A stretch of DNA of 63,766 bases, the filler included, from Collodictyon triciliatum (Eukaryota), in assembly GCA_043381765.1 (NCBI GenBank). It is 2 parts of 2 records of this genome, joined end to end, with 100 filler letters (N's around TTAATTAATTAA, not from the genome) between each part and the next. Parts side by side here need not be neighbours in the genome. Positions count along the whole stretch, not along the records: positions 1 to 31,850 come from JBHJMP010000925.1; 1 more part is not named here. One strand, given 5' to 3'. Each line of letters opens with the position of its first letter. Positions within the stretch are counted from its first letter, which is position 1. Shown piece by piece: positions 1 through 11,203 of this stretch. The translations under genes and the position numbers were made by a program. The notes under the pieces are model-generated. The model had not been told where the DNA came from, ran no database searches, and was given only the letters and a program-made list of their open reading frames with translations.

Positions 1-75
<75 letters not shown>

Positions 76-126
76 AAAAAAAAACAAAAAAAAACAAAAA
101 CAAAAACAAAAACAAAAACAAAAAAA
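1..126. repeat. poly-A grading into (CAAAAA)n
   Basis: Directly visible low-complexity tract at the window start. Confidence 0.9.
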
Positions 127-2007
127 GTGTGGCTGGAGAGTGAGAAGAAAGAGAAGGAAGGTGATATCTCAACACAGCTGCGGCTGGTTGTTTGGCCGAT
201 CGGCCACAGAGCGACGGTCTTCGATCAACACGGAAACACGGGCCGTGGCTGTGTCTGCCCGGCAACCCCCGCTCTCAACGGCCCCCAACCACGCATTTCG
301 CAGCCTTGCGCGCATCTGCTGGCGCTTGTAAACGGCGATGCAACACGGCGCTCCTTGGCTTCGTCGAAGATTAGCCGCGGTGGTTGGTCTGTTTGAATTC
401 TCTTCCCATAACTGGAATGATTCGTCTGTACAGAGAATTTGCTATTTTGAATGACTTTTACTTAATATTCAGTCAATCTGAACGGCGAAGGCCATTTCTT
501 AAAACAGAAGGCTGGTTGATTGTTAGCCACGATTATCCAATTGTAGTACTCTTAGCGGTCTAGGCTATCAGACACTACATGAGCTATTTTAGCTTTATTC
601 AAATGTGGAATATATGATAATGTCAATAAGTTGTGTTGATAAATCCATTTGTTCATACCTGCATTGCATAATTTATACATAAAATATTTATGATAACTAT
701 ATACAGCTAGTATCGCTACCACCTCAGGGCACAATTACCCTTCGTGATATTTAACTGGTTTGGCGAAGCACATTTGCCAACACTCCTTCCTCAAAACAGG
801 GTACAGCGCGCTTTCGGTATTGTATATCGGGCCTAATGCTCACCCGCCAAGCCGCATCCCGATACAAAAATTCATTTCATGAGGGTCGGAATCGGAGCTT
901 CGTTTGCTTCTGTGTCATAGGGAATCTTAAGTGAGTCATGTGGGACGTCCAATGCTCCTTTACTTCCTTCCTAATTTATACAGCTGGTAGTAACCGTACC
1001 CATTTTCCTGTTTAGAATCTCCACTTGACAATGATTTGTAACGCCATTCCTTTCAAGAATTTAAGGAGCATAATTATTTTGTGAACACCACGATTACAAA
1101 GCATATTTTTCTGTTTGGTTGCACATGAGTCACGTTTTCAGCTTTGCATTTATATAGTAAAGCAACAACAACACCTTTTTTTCTAGACCTACTAATAAAA
1201 CCATGGTTATCCAGCATCTATTTTATTGACTTGCCCGCTATCATCCAACATATCCTTTCCCTTTTTTCCAATTTAGTTTTTACTCGGAACATTTTACTAT
1301 TCAATTTAGGGCGCACACTTACGCACCCTAATATTTAGTTTTCGTAAACACTTCGCATGATTTGTTCCTTCGTCCTTGAGGCAACGTATGAAAACGGAGA
1401 AAACTAAAAATCCCCACAAAATAAATAGCTTACAATGGTGTTGGTGTACTCACGTATGGATATTCCAATCTTACACTTTGTAATCTTGTGTATCAACGCA
1501 CTTGTTTACCTAGAATGTTTTGGTCTATAAAACATCTTTACATATGTGAGAAGAAAAAAAAATCAGTTTTGATGCGTTTGTCTTTTCTTCGTTCCTTGCA
1601 TTCAAATAACAATACCCACCCGAGAGTAACCCAGCAAGGCTTTCCTCATTGTTTCAAAACAACATTTCAAAAGTGTACATACTTTCCTCTGTCTTATAAA
1701 TATCCCAACTAGTTCTTCAGCAGAGCACTTCAGTGGTCGTATGGGGCTATCATAATCATTCACATGGAGTTTTCTTTATTTTTCTTAGAACCGATTTCCC
1801 TCTTCGGTTTGTAAAAGACTTTGGATGTTAAAGGATTCAGCACCAACACATTGAACATTACGATAAAAAGAACTTGAATCGCTCGCCAGTGTAGACTATT
1901 TTGGTTTGTTAAAGTCAAGAAAGCACGTCATTCGTTTTGTACGACTTTGCATGAAATTCTGTCATTCTCATTGCACTGTGCGAGATAACTTTACTAGAAA
2001 ATTATAG

Positions 2008-2669
2008 GAAAATGATGTAGAGGGCCAACATAGTACGCCAGAGTAAATTCTCAGTACAAACAGATTTTCCTATTTTGTTGTCAAAAAAATAAAATATGTA
2101 CTTCAAGGGCGTAACTCATTCTAGAGAAAACAGCGATAATTAAGGACGAAGGTTTTTGTCAGGCACTCGATTTCTAAAGCATCCCATGAATTCAGTTATA
2201 CCAAGACGATCAAAGTTGACCCGGTTAGACTCCTCCTGAAGTCAATACAACGTAATATTGCAGCAGTTACTCTCGAACAGAAGCTCACAAGGTTTTTTTT
2301 CATTCAAATTTAGTATACATAAGTTGTTTGTCTCAAGTAAATATGGTCGAATACGCTGAACACTATATTGTTACTAGACAAATTCGTAAAGTAGCTACTC
2401 CCAATCAGCGTAACAGAGTATGTGTAGCTTGACAAAAGTATATAATCTTATGAAATATCATTCGGTTGGACCGAAAGTTTGAAGGACATAATCATAGGGG
2501 GTTAGCCTCTATTTTGAAAAAGATGAAAAAAAATGTACGGTTGATGAGGGGAGGGGAGGGGAGGGGAGGGAGAAGAAGCAAATTTTACCGCGAGAATCAC
2601 AGAAAATTGGTATATAGACCATGCCAGACAATATCCAGCCAGGATTGAAGGCATTTGGCCTATTCTAAT
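2008..2669 (+). CDS. 3' exons of an uncharacterised protein (5' part unresolved)
   Basis: Four segments (~2008-2042, ~2163-2291, ~2378-2418, ~2618-2669) join through GT-AG introns with matching phases into ENDVEGQHSTPEHSISK...PGLKAFGLF*. No family motif recognised. Confidence 0.35.
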
Positions 2670-2955
2670 ATTCGCTTGCGTGCTCTAATACCGTACGCAT
2701 GATTCATTCACAAGTTCAGGATAACCAGAGAATGATATTACATTTAGTCATATTGAGACACACGCACACTAAAAGAAAAAACAAAGCAGACCGTCTATGT
2801 TTTAATATTTATAGGGGGTTTTGGTGGATGTAAGGAAAATCTCCAGAAAAAAACATTGTGGATGAAGTTCGGTGAATCAGTTTGATGATATGTGCTTTTT
2901 TTTTTTTTTTGCAGATAGCATTTATATATCCTTTCCAACTTCATCTTCGCTTGTG

Positions 2956-4873
2956 TCATGATTCGGGAATTTCCTCTGGAGTTTCGGCCGGATTGCTCGC
3001 GGTATCGTCATCGGTAGCATACCTATGATAATTGTAAACTTCATGAAACAGAGTGTATTGCCAAAATGGCAGGATAGAATAAACACTTACAGTATATCAG
3101 TTACTTTCTTCATGAAAGGGATATTTAAATGATTGCTTTCTTGACAAAGAATTTCGATCTTTCGGAGTTTCTGGTAGTAGAAGTCTCGGTCTATTTCTGC
3201 TTTACTTAGAGAATCTCCAAGATTTTGTATTTGGTCTTGAAGTTGAGTTATCCTCTGGTCTATGGATGACACAGACGACCCTATGACACCAAATTTTCAA
3301 TTGCCTTTGCTTCGCTAGCCAGCAATTTATCAAATGATATGACTCACATATTTATATATTAATCAAATACATGATGCTACAACACCTGAAAATGAACTTT
3401 TCTTACCAGCAGATTTTGAAGAATTTCCAATTGAAGATGCAGCATTGCTAGGTGGTTTATGCGCTGGTGACTTTTGGTTATGTGACCTGACAGCTGCTTG
3501 GCGGGTGCTTTGGGGTGGGTCTGGCTTGGGTTTTGAATTGACTTCGGAGCTTTTTTGTTTCACTTTTTCTGTATCTTTAGTTTCAGCTTCACCTTCTACC
3601 AAGTTAGTAAGGTATGTTAAAACAACAGTGGATTCTCAATATTTTACTTAAAGAATGAAAACTGAACATAAGCAAATATTATTTTGTAACGAACCGTTCA
3701 TATGTTGTTTATTCTCTCTGGGAGGTCTCTCTAATACTGGTGTTGGGTGTTGCCTGGCTTTTTGAGGAACTCTCTCGATCTTGGGAGGCTCTGCAGTGAT
3801 TTCTCTTCCGCCGGGAGACTGATTTCGACGAGCAACCGCATCATATTCGACCGAACCCTGCACATGAGTTGACAAAGTTCACACTTAGTTTATGAATACC
3901 CAAAGGGGATATGGTTAAGCAATACTGACTCACGTTTTTATTCCTGTCATGATATGCTTTAAACCATTGTAAAAACTCAAGGTTGTCTTGATACCGTCCT
4001 TTGCAAAGTTTTTCGACCTCAATTGTCTTTTTTTTTTTTTTTTTTTTTAAGAATACAATATATCAATTTATTAAAATAGTTTTTTAGATCATTCAGTTCC
4101 ATTTAGGGTATCCATAAAAATTAACCTTGTCAATAGTGTGCTTCACAAACGCTGTCTGGAGTATTTTGAAATTCTTGATGTATTCATACTCTAACCGAGC
4201 GCCGAAGTTAACCTTTGATATAGGGATGGAGCCTGTATTTTTCAATATGATTACACAAAATATATTCTTCTGACAGGTTAGACCCATGATTTGTATAGGG
4301 ATGTTGCAATCAGATCGCAGGCGAAAATTTGATTGGAAGATACCTGGGTGGGTCATGTCAAACAACTGACAATATACTGCGCCTGATAATGATTTATCAG
4401 TGTTGTTTCACAATCATGATTACAACAATAGCAATATGATATCGTGAATATCAAGTGTGTTATCGGCCTTATTTCAACCATGGAATATTGGGCATAAAAA
4501 TAGAGAAGAGTACCACTGCACAGCTCCTCGACTTTTGTGTAGGCAATTTTCAGAGATTGATTTATCCATTCCAATAAATCTGCTTTCCCCACAAAATACG
4601 CTCCACCCATCATACCTGCAGGTAGTTGGCAAATTTTACATGAAGTAGGCGGCGATATGCAAATATTTATTTGTTACAGCAATAAAGTATTAATGATGTT
4701 GTCTCAAGGCAAATATGTAGTCTGTCTAAGGAAATGATTCAAAGAAAACTCAACGATATATCTTCAGCTAATTGTTTTGAGACCTTATTTTGTCATTAAG
4801 GACGACTTGAAAAGTTATCGAGTAGTCAAAATGGAAGGAAAAGAGCAGAAAAAAGGGTACCTATGTTTGCCAT
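2956..4873 (-). CDS. EB1: EB1/RP microtubule end-binding protein, multi-exon
   Basis: Spliced sequence MANIG|MMGGAYFVGKADLLEWIN...KVEELCSG, KVNFGARLEYEYIKNFKILQ, KGRYQDNLEFLQWFK (CH domain) and DRDFYYQKLRKIEILCQ...ILYATD (EBH domain). ATG at 4873, TGA at 2956-2958. Confidence 0.95.
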
Positions 4874-4946
4874 CTCAATTTGTTATTGCGGCTGTCAGGT
4901 AAGAACACCTAGAGTAGCATGGCTCATGTTGAACATTTGAACATTG

Positions 4947-4947
<1 letters not shown>

Positions 4948-5005
<58 letters not shown>

Positions 5006-5186
5006 AGAAAGAGAAAGAGAAAGAGAAAGAGAAAGAGAAAGAGAAAGAGAAAGAGAAAGAGAAGAGAGAGAGAGAGAAAAGAGAGAAAAGAGAGAAAAGA
5101 GAGAAAAGAGAGAAAAGAGAGAAAAGAGAGAAAAGAGAGAAAAGAGAGAAAAGAGAGAAAAGAGAGAAAAGAGAGAAAAGAAAGAA
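4948..5186. repeat. compound (GA)n/(GAGAAA)n/(GAGAGAAAA)n microsatellite, probably in an EB1 5'UTR intron
   Basis: Visible repeat flanked on the minus strand by a GTATGT donor (~5193) and a CTCTAG acceptor (~4909). Confidence 0.9.
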
Positions 5187-5729
5187 GGACATACGTAGGG
5201 CTTTGAGTATTTTTGTGTCGCTCTGTGGTTGCCAAGCAAACTGAGCACAAGTCAGATCCTTACAGGCTACAAGAGTTCTGCAGGATTAAATGAACGGGAT
5301 ACGCGGAAACAAAAACGAAAAAAAGGAGCAGTTTTGGCTATAAGAAGGTGTCGATCTGTCGCCTTCGACCTATCGAACGCCTTGCGCACTTGTCTGTGTG
5401 TGGACTCGATGCGCCCCAACGAAGATCCTCCCACGCGTTGTTTGGATTGCAGAGTCGAAGTTTTTTTTTGATTGTTTTCGTGCTGCGATTCCGTTGAGCT
5501 TTCAAATGCCTTTTCTGGAATTTATCCTGTGCGTCTTGCGAAACTCTTACCAACGTAGAATTTTGTTCGCGCTTTGTTGCTTTACTGAATGTTGTTTTAT
5601 GGTTGTTTGTAAAGTCAGTGGTATGCCGCTGCGTCCACCACCCATTTCATCAACAGATCGGCATCCAATTAGACACTGAAAGGAAACTGCAGCAAGGGTA
5701 TGTGTAACGGAGAACGTGGACGTGATAGC

Positions 5730-6623
5730 CTATTCCGTACAACTCCCATCGTCCAAGGACTTTGCCAGATGATCGACACGACGTTTCAATGATGCCAGCT
5801 TGCAGACTTCATCCAAAGCTACATACAAATAAATTTGAGAACCATTTGCTTTATTTTTTAGAGGTAACGATACCATATTAACAGGGTGCATTACGGCCGG
5901 AACAAACCTTCAATGAAGCTTCTCTGTGCGTTGCGGAGTGTTGTTGGAGGCATCGCGTTGTACCAATTGATAGGATTCTCCTGAGATTCTACGAGCAGGA
6001 AACAATAGTTGTTTTTACAAACGTAAAAAATTAACGAAATCAAGGGAAATATCCATATCAAGCCCGAGGCAGATTAAGTGCACTACGTAGAGTCCTCCTA
6101 CCTTCGTATTTCACAACATATTTCTCTTCCGTTTGGTCGTGTCTGCCATGTATTTTTTTTTCATTTTAAGAAAGATATACTTAATTCTATATCCACTGAT
6201 GAAAAATTTTTCCTCTGTAGAAGTACTGACGGTATATTTCGTCATTTTAAAATACCATGTAGAAGGGTTTACTAACTCTATAACTCGACAAGGCACCATG
6301 TTCATATTGTACTGAGTTTGTGATAATGCAGCAGCCCCCATGATTTTTCGAGCAGAAGCGAGATTGATAAAGCCCTATATCATATAATGACAACTTTGTG
6401 GAAACAAAAAAGAAGATTGAAACCGTCCTATGCTAAATATTCTTTTCATATATGATGCATAGTTTAGATGTGATCTGAATTGATGACACGGTTATATTAC
6501 AGATTTAGCTAAACATTCGAAAGTCACCTCCTTCATGACAGATGTTAGGGCCTGGTACTCATTCATAAGATGGTCTGTCTCTGACACCAATACCCGCCAT
6601 GTTTCCAAAGGCTCTCTGGTTGC
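5730..6623 (-). CDS. CCDC115: CCDC115/Vma22-like V-ATPase assembly factor (5 exons, no own start exon found)
   Basis: Phase-consistent exons give ATREPLETWRVLVSETDHLMNEYQALTSVMKE|GFINLASARKIMGAAALSQTQYNMNM...|HDQTEEKYVVKYE|ESQENPINWYNAMPPTTLRNAQRSFIE|ALDEVCKLASLKRRVDHL...*. This matches the family motifs GWLSLAKARYAMG and DPLNWFG..PHSLRQAQASF. Only a fragment appears in the ORF track. Confidence 0.85.
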
Positions 6624-6735
6624 CTGCACCAAACACAATAATTAAGGACCTCCGGTGTCTCGAAACATGCCTCGCATATGGATATACTGATACATAGAAC
6701 TGCACACGTGAGGTGGGTGGTATGAGAAGAGGAGA

Positions 6736-7890
6736 TTAGAAAGGGTGGTGGATAGCGACACGCGATTCTTTGTCCCAAAAGAAGCACAGGACGAAGATAT
6801 AAAAAAGGAGCACACAAAAAGGAGGAGACACGGCCCAGAGCAGAAAACGATGGAGGGGACGCACGGCAGGGAGGAGGGTGGTGAGGGCAGCAAGCACCCC
6901 CTCGGGCGTCGGGGTCGGAGCGACGGCGTGGACGGGGAGGCCGGCTGCGCGGAGGGCGTCTGCGGTTGTGGGGCCGATCGAGATGACGTGGCGCCACGTG
7001 CCGGATGCGGAGTGGCGCGGTTGGAGGCAGGAGGCTGCGACGGGGTCGGAGGCCACGTGGTGTGCAACGGTGTGGACGCCGGAGGGGCTGAAGAAGACGA
7101 TTGCGAAGGCGGCCGAGGGGCCCGCCACAACCCGTGCGAGCGAGTGCAGCGCGGCGGGGTCGATGCCCGGGACCGTTGTGTAGACGACGTGTTCGCGGAC
7201 GGTGTAGCCCAGCGCGCGCAGGCGGGTGGGGATGTCGTCGCGGCGGCGGTTTGCGCAGGGGAAGATAATCGTGGGCAGGGCCGCTGCTGGCGTCTCCAAT
7301 GCTGATGCTGGTGCCTCCAATGCTGATGCTGGTGCCTCCAGTGCCGATGCTGGCGTCTCCAGTGCTGATGCTGGTGTCTCCAATGCTGATGCTGGTGCCT
7401 CCAGTGCCGATGCTGGCGTCTCCAGTGCCGCTGCACAGTTGTAGGCGTGGACGGCGTCTGCCAGCTGCCGCGCACCGCCGTTGCCGCCGCACACGACGAC
7501 ACGGTCCATGCCCATGCGCACGGCCGCTGCGTGCGTCGCCGGCCCCACGGCAAAGCACACGACACCCCGCGGGACGGCGGCGCCGAGACAGGCCAGCGCA
7601 CGCACGGCCCGTGCACTCGTCAGCACAAGCTGCACACGCCCGCCGGCCCCCGCATGGCCGCCAAGGTCCCGCGCAAGCCCCGCCAGCCCCGCCCTGCACG
7701 CCTCGAACCGCAGCACCCCGACGCTCACCCCCGCAAAGCCCCCCGCCCGCACCGCCGCCTCGTACCGCCCCGCCTCCTCGCCCTCGTCCGGCCCCCGCAG
7801 CAGGCACACCACCCGCCTCCCCGCCTCCGCCCCTCCGCCTCCGCCGTCTCCGTCCCCGTCTGCGTCTCTGCCTCTCAGCGTCGCCTCCAT
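6736..7890 (-). CDS. UROS: uroporphyrinogen-III synthase (HemD), single GC-rich exon; 3' end probably spliced at 6864
   Basis: Motifs LVLTSARAV, FAVGPAT, IFPCANRRRDDIP, VVYTT, VFFSPSGV, ISIGPTTADAL and APTPTPEGVLAAL. Confidence 0.9.
   Translation of the reverse strand: MEATLRGRDADGDGDGGGGGAEAGRRVVCLLRGPDEGEEAGRYEAAVRAGGFAGVSVGVLRFEACRAGLAGLARDLGGHAGAGGRVQLVLTSARAVRALACLGAAVPRGVVCFAVGPATHAAAVRMGMDRVVVCGGNGGARQLADAVHAYNCAAALETPASALEAPASALETPASALETPASALEAPASALEAPASALETPAAALPTIIFPCANRRRDDIPTRLRALGYTVREHVVYTTVPGIDPAALHSLARVVAGPSAAFAIVFFSPSGVHTVAHHVASDPVAASCLQPRHSASGTWRHVISIGPTTADALRAAGLPVHAVAPTPTPEGVLAALTTLLPAVRPLHRFLLWAVSPPFCVLLFYIFVLCFFWDKESRVAIHHPF
7287..7429 (-). repeat. in-frame 21-bp tandem repeat (~7 units) encoding ALE[TA]PAS
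   Basis: Units of the form ctgg(c/t)g(t/c)ctcca(a/g)tgc(t/c)gatg inside the UROS ORF. Confidence 0.95.
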
Positions 7891-8262
7891 CTGCTCCTTC
7901 TTGCTCCCTGCTTTGCCGGCACACGATCGGGCGCCGTGGAAGATGCAAGAGAAGCGCTCTCAAATATACCGTACTCTGCATACCGCAACACAAGTCCGGC
8001 ATCGTGATGCCTTTGATCGTTGCCTTTTTCTTTTTCTTTTTCTTCATTTTCATTTTCATTTTCATTTTCATTTTCATTTTCATTTTCATTTTCTTAATCG
8101 AATCCGTGATGCACGGCTGCAGCACCAGACAAGGCGCGCTTGGCTGCGTCTCCAGTAGCCAGACATGAAGCAACCGGGCCCAAGATCAAGGGATCGCCTC
8201 TGTCCACACCTCCCGACTCAGCCCACCTTTTCCACTAGCTCCCTTCCAGCCACCGCACTGCG

Positions 8263-11127
8263 ATGTCCAACCCAAGCCCGTACCTGGCCGACTTCGCCCG
8301 CCAACGCAACTCGAAGGTTGGCCTCTCCTTCCACTCTCCTTCCACTCTCCTTCCACTCTCCTTCCACTCTCCTTCCACTCTCCTTCCGCTCCTCCTTCCA
8401 ACACCGTTGCACTTCCCCGCAGAGTCCACAGCCGCAGCACGTGCTCGACCGCATGCGCTACATGACGGACCGGGACGCGTACATCTCATATCTGGAGATG
8501 CAGCTGGAGCGCATGGCCAACTCCAACGCGATGGTCTCCACCCTTTCAGACAGGGTTGCACAGGTACGCTTTTGGCTCGGAGCCCCACAGCCCCTGCTCG
8601 CTTGGCCCTCCTCTTCCCCTCGTCTGCCTAGTTATGGCTCGATTCTCCTGACACGCCGTACTCCCTGGTCTTCAATGTCCCCGCAGATGCAACAGCATCT
8701 GAAGCAGGTTGACGAGAAGATGTCACATTTCTCCAAACTGCACAAGGTCTCCACTGAGCTGGTCGAGTCCCAAGACCAACAGTTCTCGCAGATCCAGAGC
8801 ATGATGTCTGCCCAGATCAGAGAGGCCACTGCCCTTGCCACAAAGTCCTATGCCGACTCCAGCTCACTGGTTTGTCGTCTGCATTCACACCAATAAGTCT
8901 TCCAAAATGTACCTTGCCGCGATTCCCCCAGTATTCATGCATCTCCGCGGTCCGGCTCACGGCCGACAATACACCTCAAGTAACCTCTTCTCCTACCACA
9001 TAGGCGGAAAAGTTTGTCATATTCGACGAGAAGGTCAGCAGCTTCATTCGTGACCAATCCGTCATGAACGCCCGCGATTCAGAGGAAAAGAAAGCAATCG
9101 TAAGTCTATGATACCGTACATGATGTTTACTCATCACATCACTCTGATTCATAATAAAACTTCAACAGACTTACAAAAAAAAAAGTGAAACTTATTCTCT
9201 CCCACATTTTTTTCCTTAAATTTTTTTCGGTTTCTTTTCAGTTTATTTGGCATGATATTTTTCCTTACCATATTGGAACGTATCGCAGGAGGACAGGTCC
9301 CAAATGATGCTGACCAAAGTCAATAAGCTTTCCAGGGATATTACAGAGTTAGCTCAGGTTCAAGCAAGACAACCAAATTACACCCCCTAACCAATTTGGT
9401 TTCTGTTATTTTTATTTTCGTCGTTCTCATATATTCACCATAGAATTCAAATTCCGACCATCAACTCATCCTGTCTCTAGATCATCAGGTATATGCAAAC
9501 GAAGACAAACAATGTTGTTATACTAAGTCGTATACATTTTCAGTTTTATCCAATCACTGACATTGAACATATACGAAAAGATTGCAACCCTACAGCAACG
9601 CGCAGATTCAAGATTCGAAAGTATCGAGGCATTTGTTGATGAAACAAATAAAGTAATCTTATGTTGCGTCATGATCATATGTGTAAGCATACTCTCATGC
9701 ATGTTCTATGTTTTCTTAAAGACCCTTCAATAGGAGAGAAAGGACTTTGAATCGACTCAAACGAAGAAAAATAAAGCTTTTGAACAGCAAATCTCATCGT
9801 ATGTCTTATTCATTTTCGATATACAAACCCGTCTTATTTTACTGATCCGAAAGAAAAATGAAACGTTAGGTACCTTTTCCAAAATAATACCAACATTAGC
9901 TATATTAAATAATCCTGTAATTAAAAAAGATTGTCGTCAGAGGTAGAAGCCCTAAACCCTACGCACATATCGTTTGTGGAAAAAAGTTTGTCCAATCTTG
10001 AGGTATTATTGGCTTTTAGCATTTCTTTCCATTTCTTTAGATGATGTATTTGCCGGCTTATCGCTTGTAAGTAAATGAAAAAAATGGATATGCGAGTAAC
10101 TTATCATATTACATTAGGTTCAAATGTCTGAGAAATCTATGCGTTCTGTGGAAAATCTAAGGGTCAAGATGGAAGATGACATCAGCTCTATCAGAAGAGG
10201 AATAGAAGTAGGCTTAGACTCTGGAACACATGTTATGTTAGTTTTCCCTGATGTACGAGTTGAAACTGAATTTGCTATAATTACATACTAGGATAAAATG
10301 AATCGTCTGCATGAACTAAGCAATATCGATGTTCGTGATACACAAGTTCTCCTGAAAAAATTGATTGAATCGTCCGAGGTACTATTATTACAAATTGTCT
10401 CTAACACTATTTACTCTTTTTTTCTTGAAAAACTTGAGTCGGATAGGCGAATATACCAACTTCTCATTTTTATTATGTGATTATATCCATAAAAAAAATT
10501 CATCCATCCATAGGAAAGATCCACGAAATCTCTGGATGCTACGCGTGGTGAATTCAAAGAAGACATCGCTTCACTTCGAAGAATCATGGATTCTCAAGAT
10601 GTATTTAAAAACATTATTTAATTCTCAAAAGAAAAAAAAGGACATACCAACAATCCATCTAATACTAATAATTTTTTTTTTAAAAAAAAGGAACTAGCAT
10701 TATCAAAGGCATTACAAAATGTGGACCAGCTTCGAAAAGAGTCTCGTGAAGAATCTCTTACTGTGCGCCGAGCCTTAGAAAATATTGAGGTATTTAAATT
10801 TATACCATCAACTGAGTAATAAAGTTGAATGATTCTTAATGCGCGTGTTTTTAAATTGGTCTATCTTTTTCTCCCTTAAAATATATAAGAGCTTACTGGA
10901 GCTAATATAGAAACAGTAATGCATGAAAGAATTTATCTATTTGAAAATCAAAGAATACATCTGTTGCATTTTGTCAATGAATAAATACATCCTACTCACT
11001 CGATTTGTACAGTCAGGATTTTCAGATCGTATTTCAAGAGGAATTGATTCCACCAAGGAAGAAATATATACTGAACTATCTGCAACCAAGAAATCATTTG
11101 AAGTGCGTTCCACTATCATCGCAATCC

Positions 11128-11203
<76 letters not shown>

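Noticed and set aside
1250-1258. ATATCCTTT, a U12-type donor match (also at 2926; GTATCC at 20005 and 33493)
   Set aside because: No convincing TCCTTAAC branch site is present and no gene model requires these sites. Ordinary GT-AG solutions fit where genes are recognisable.
400-2000. Exon-like segments with in-frame stops suggesting a variant genetic code
   Set aside because: Conserved genes in the window show no in-frame stops and use all three stop codons. No consistent model could be built for this region.
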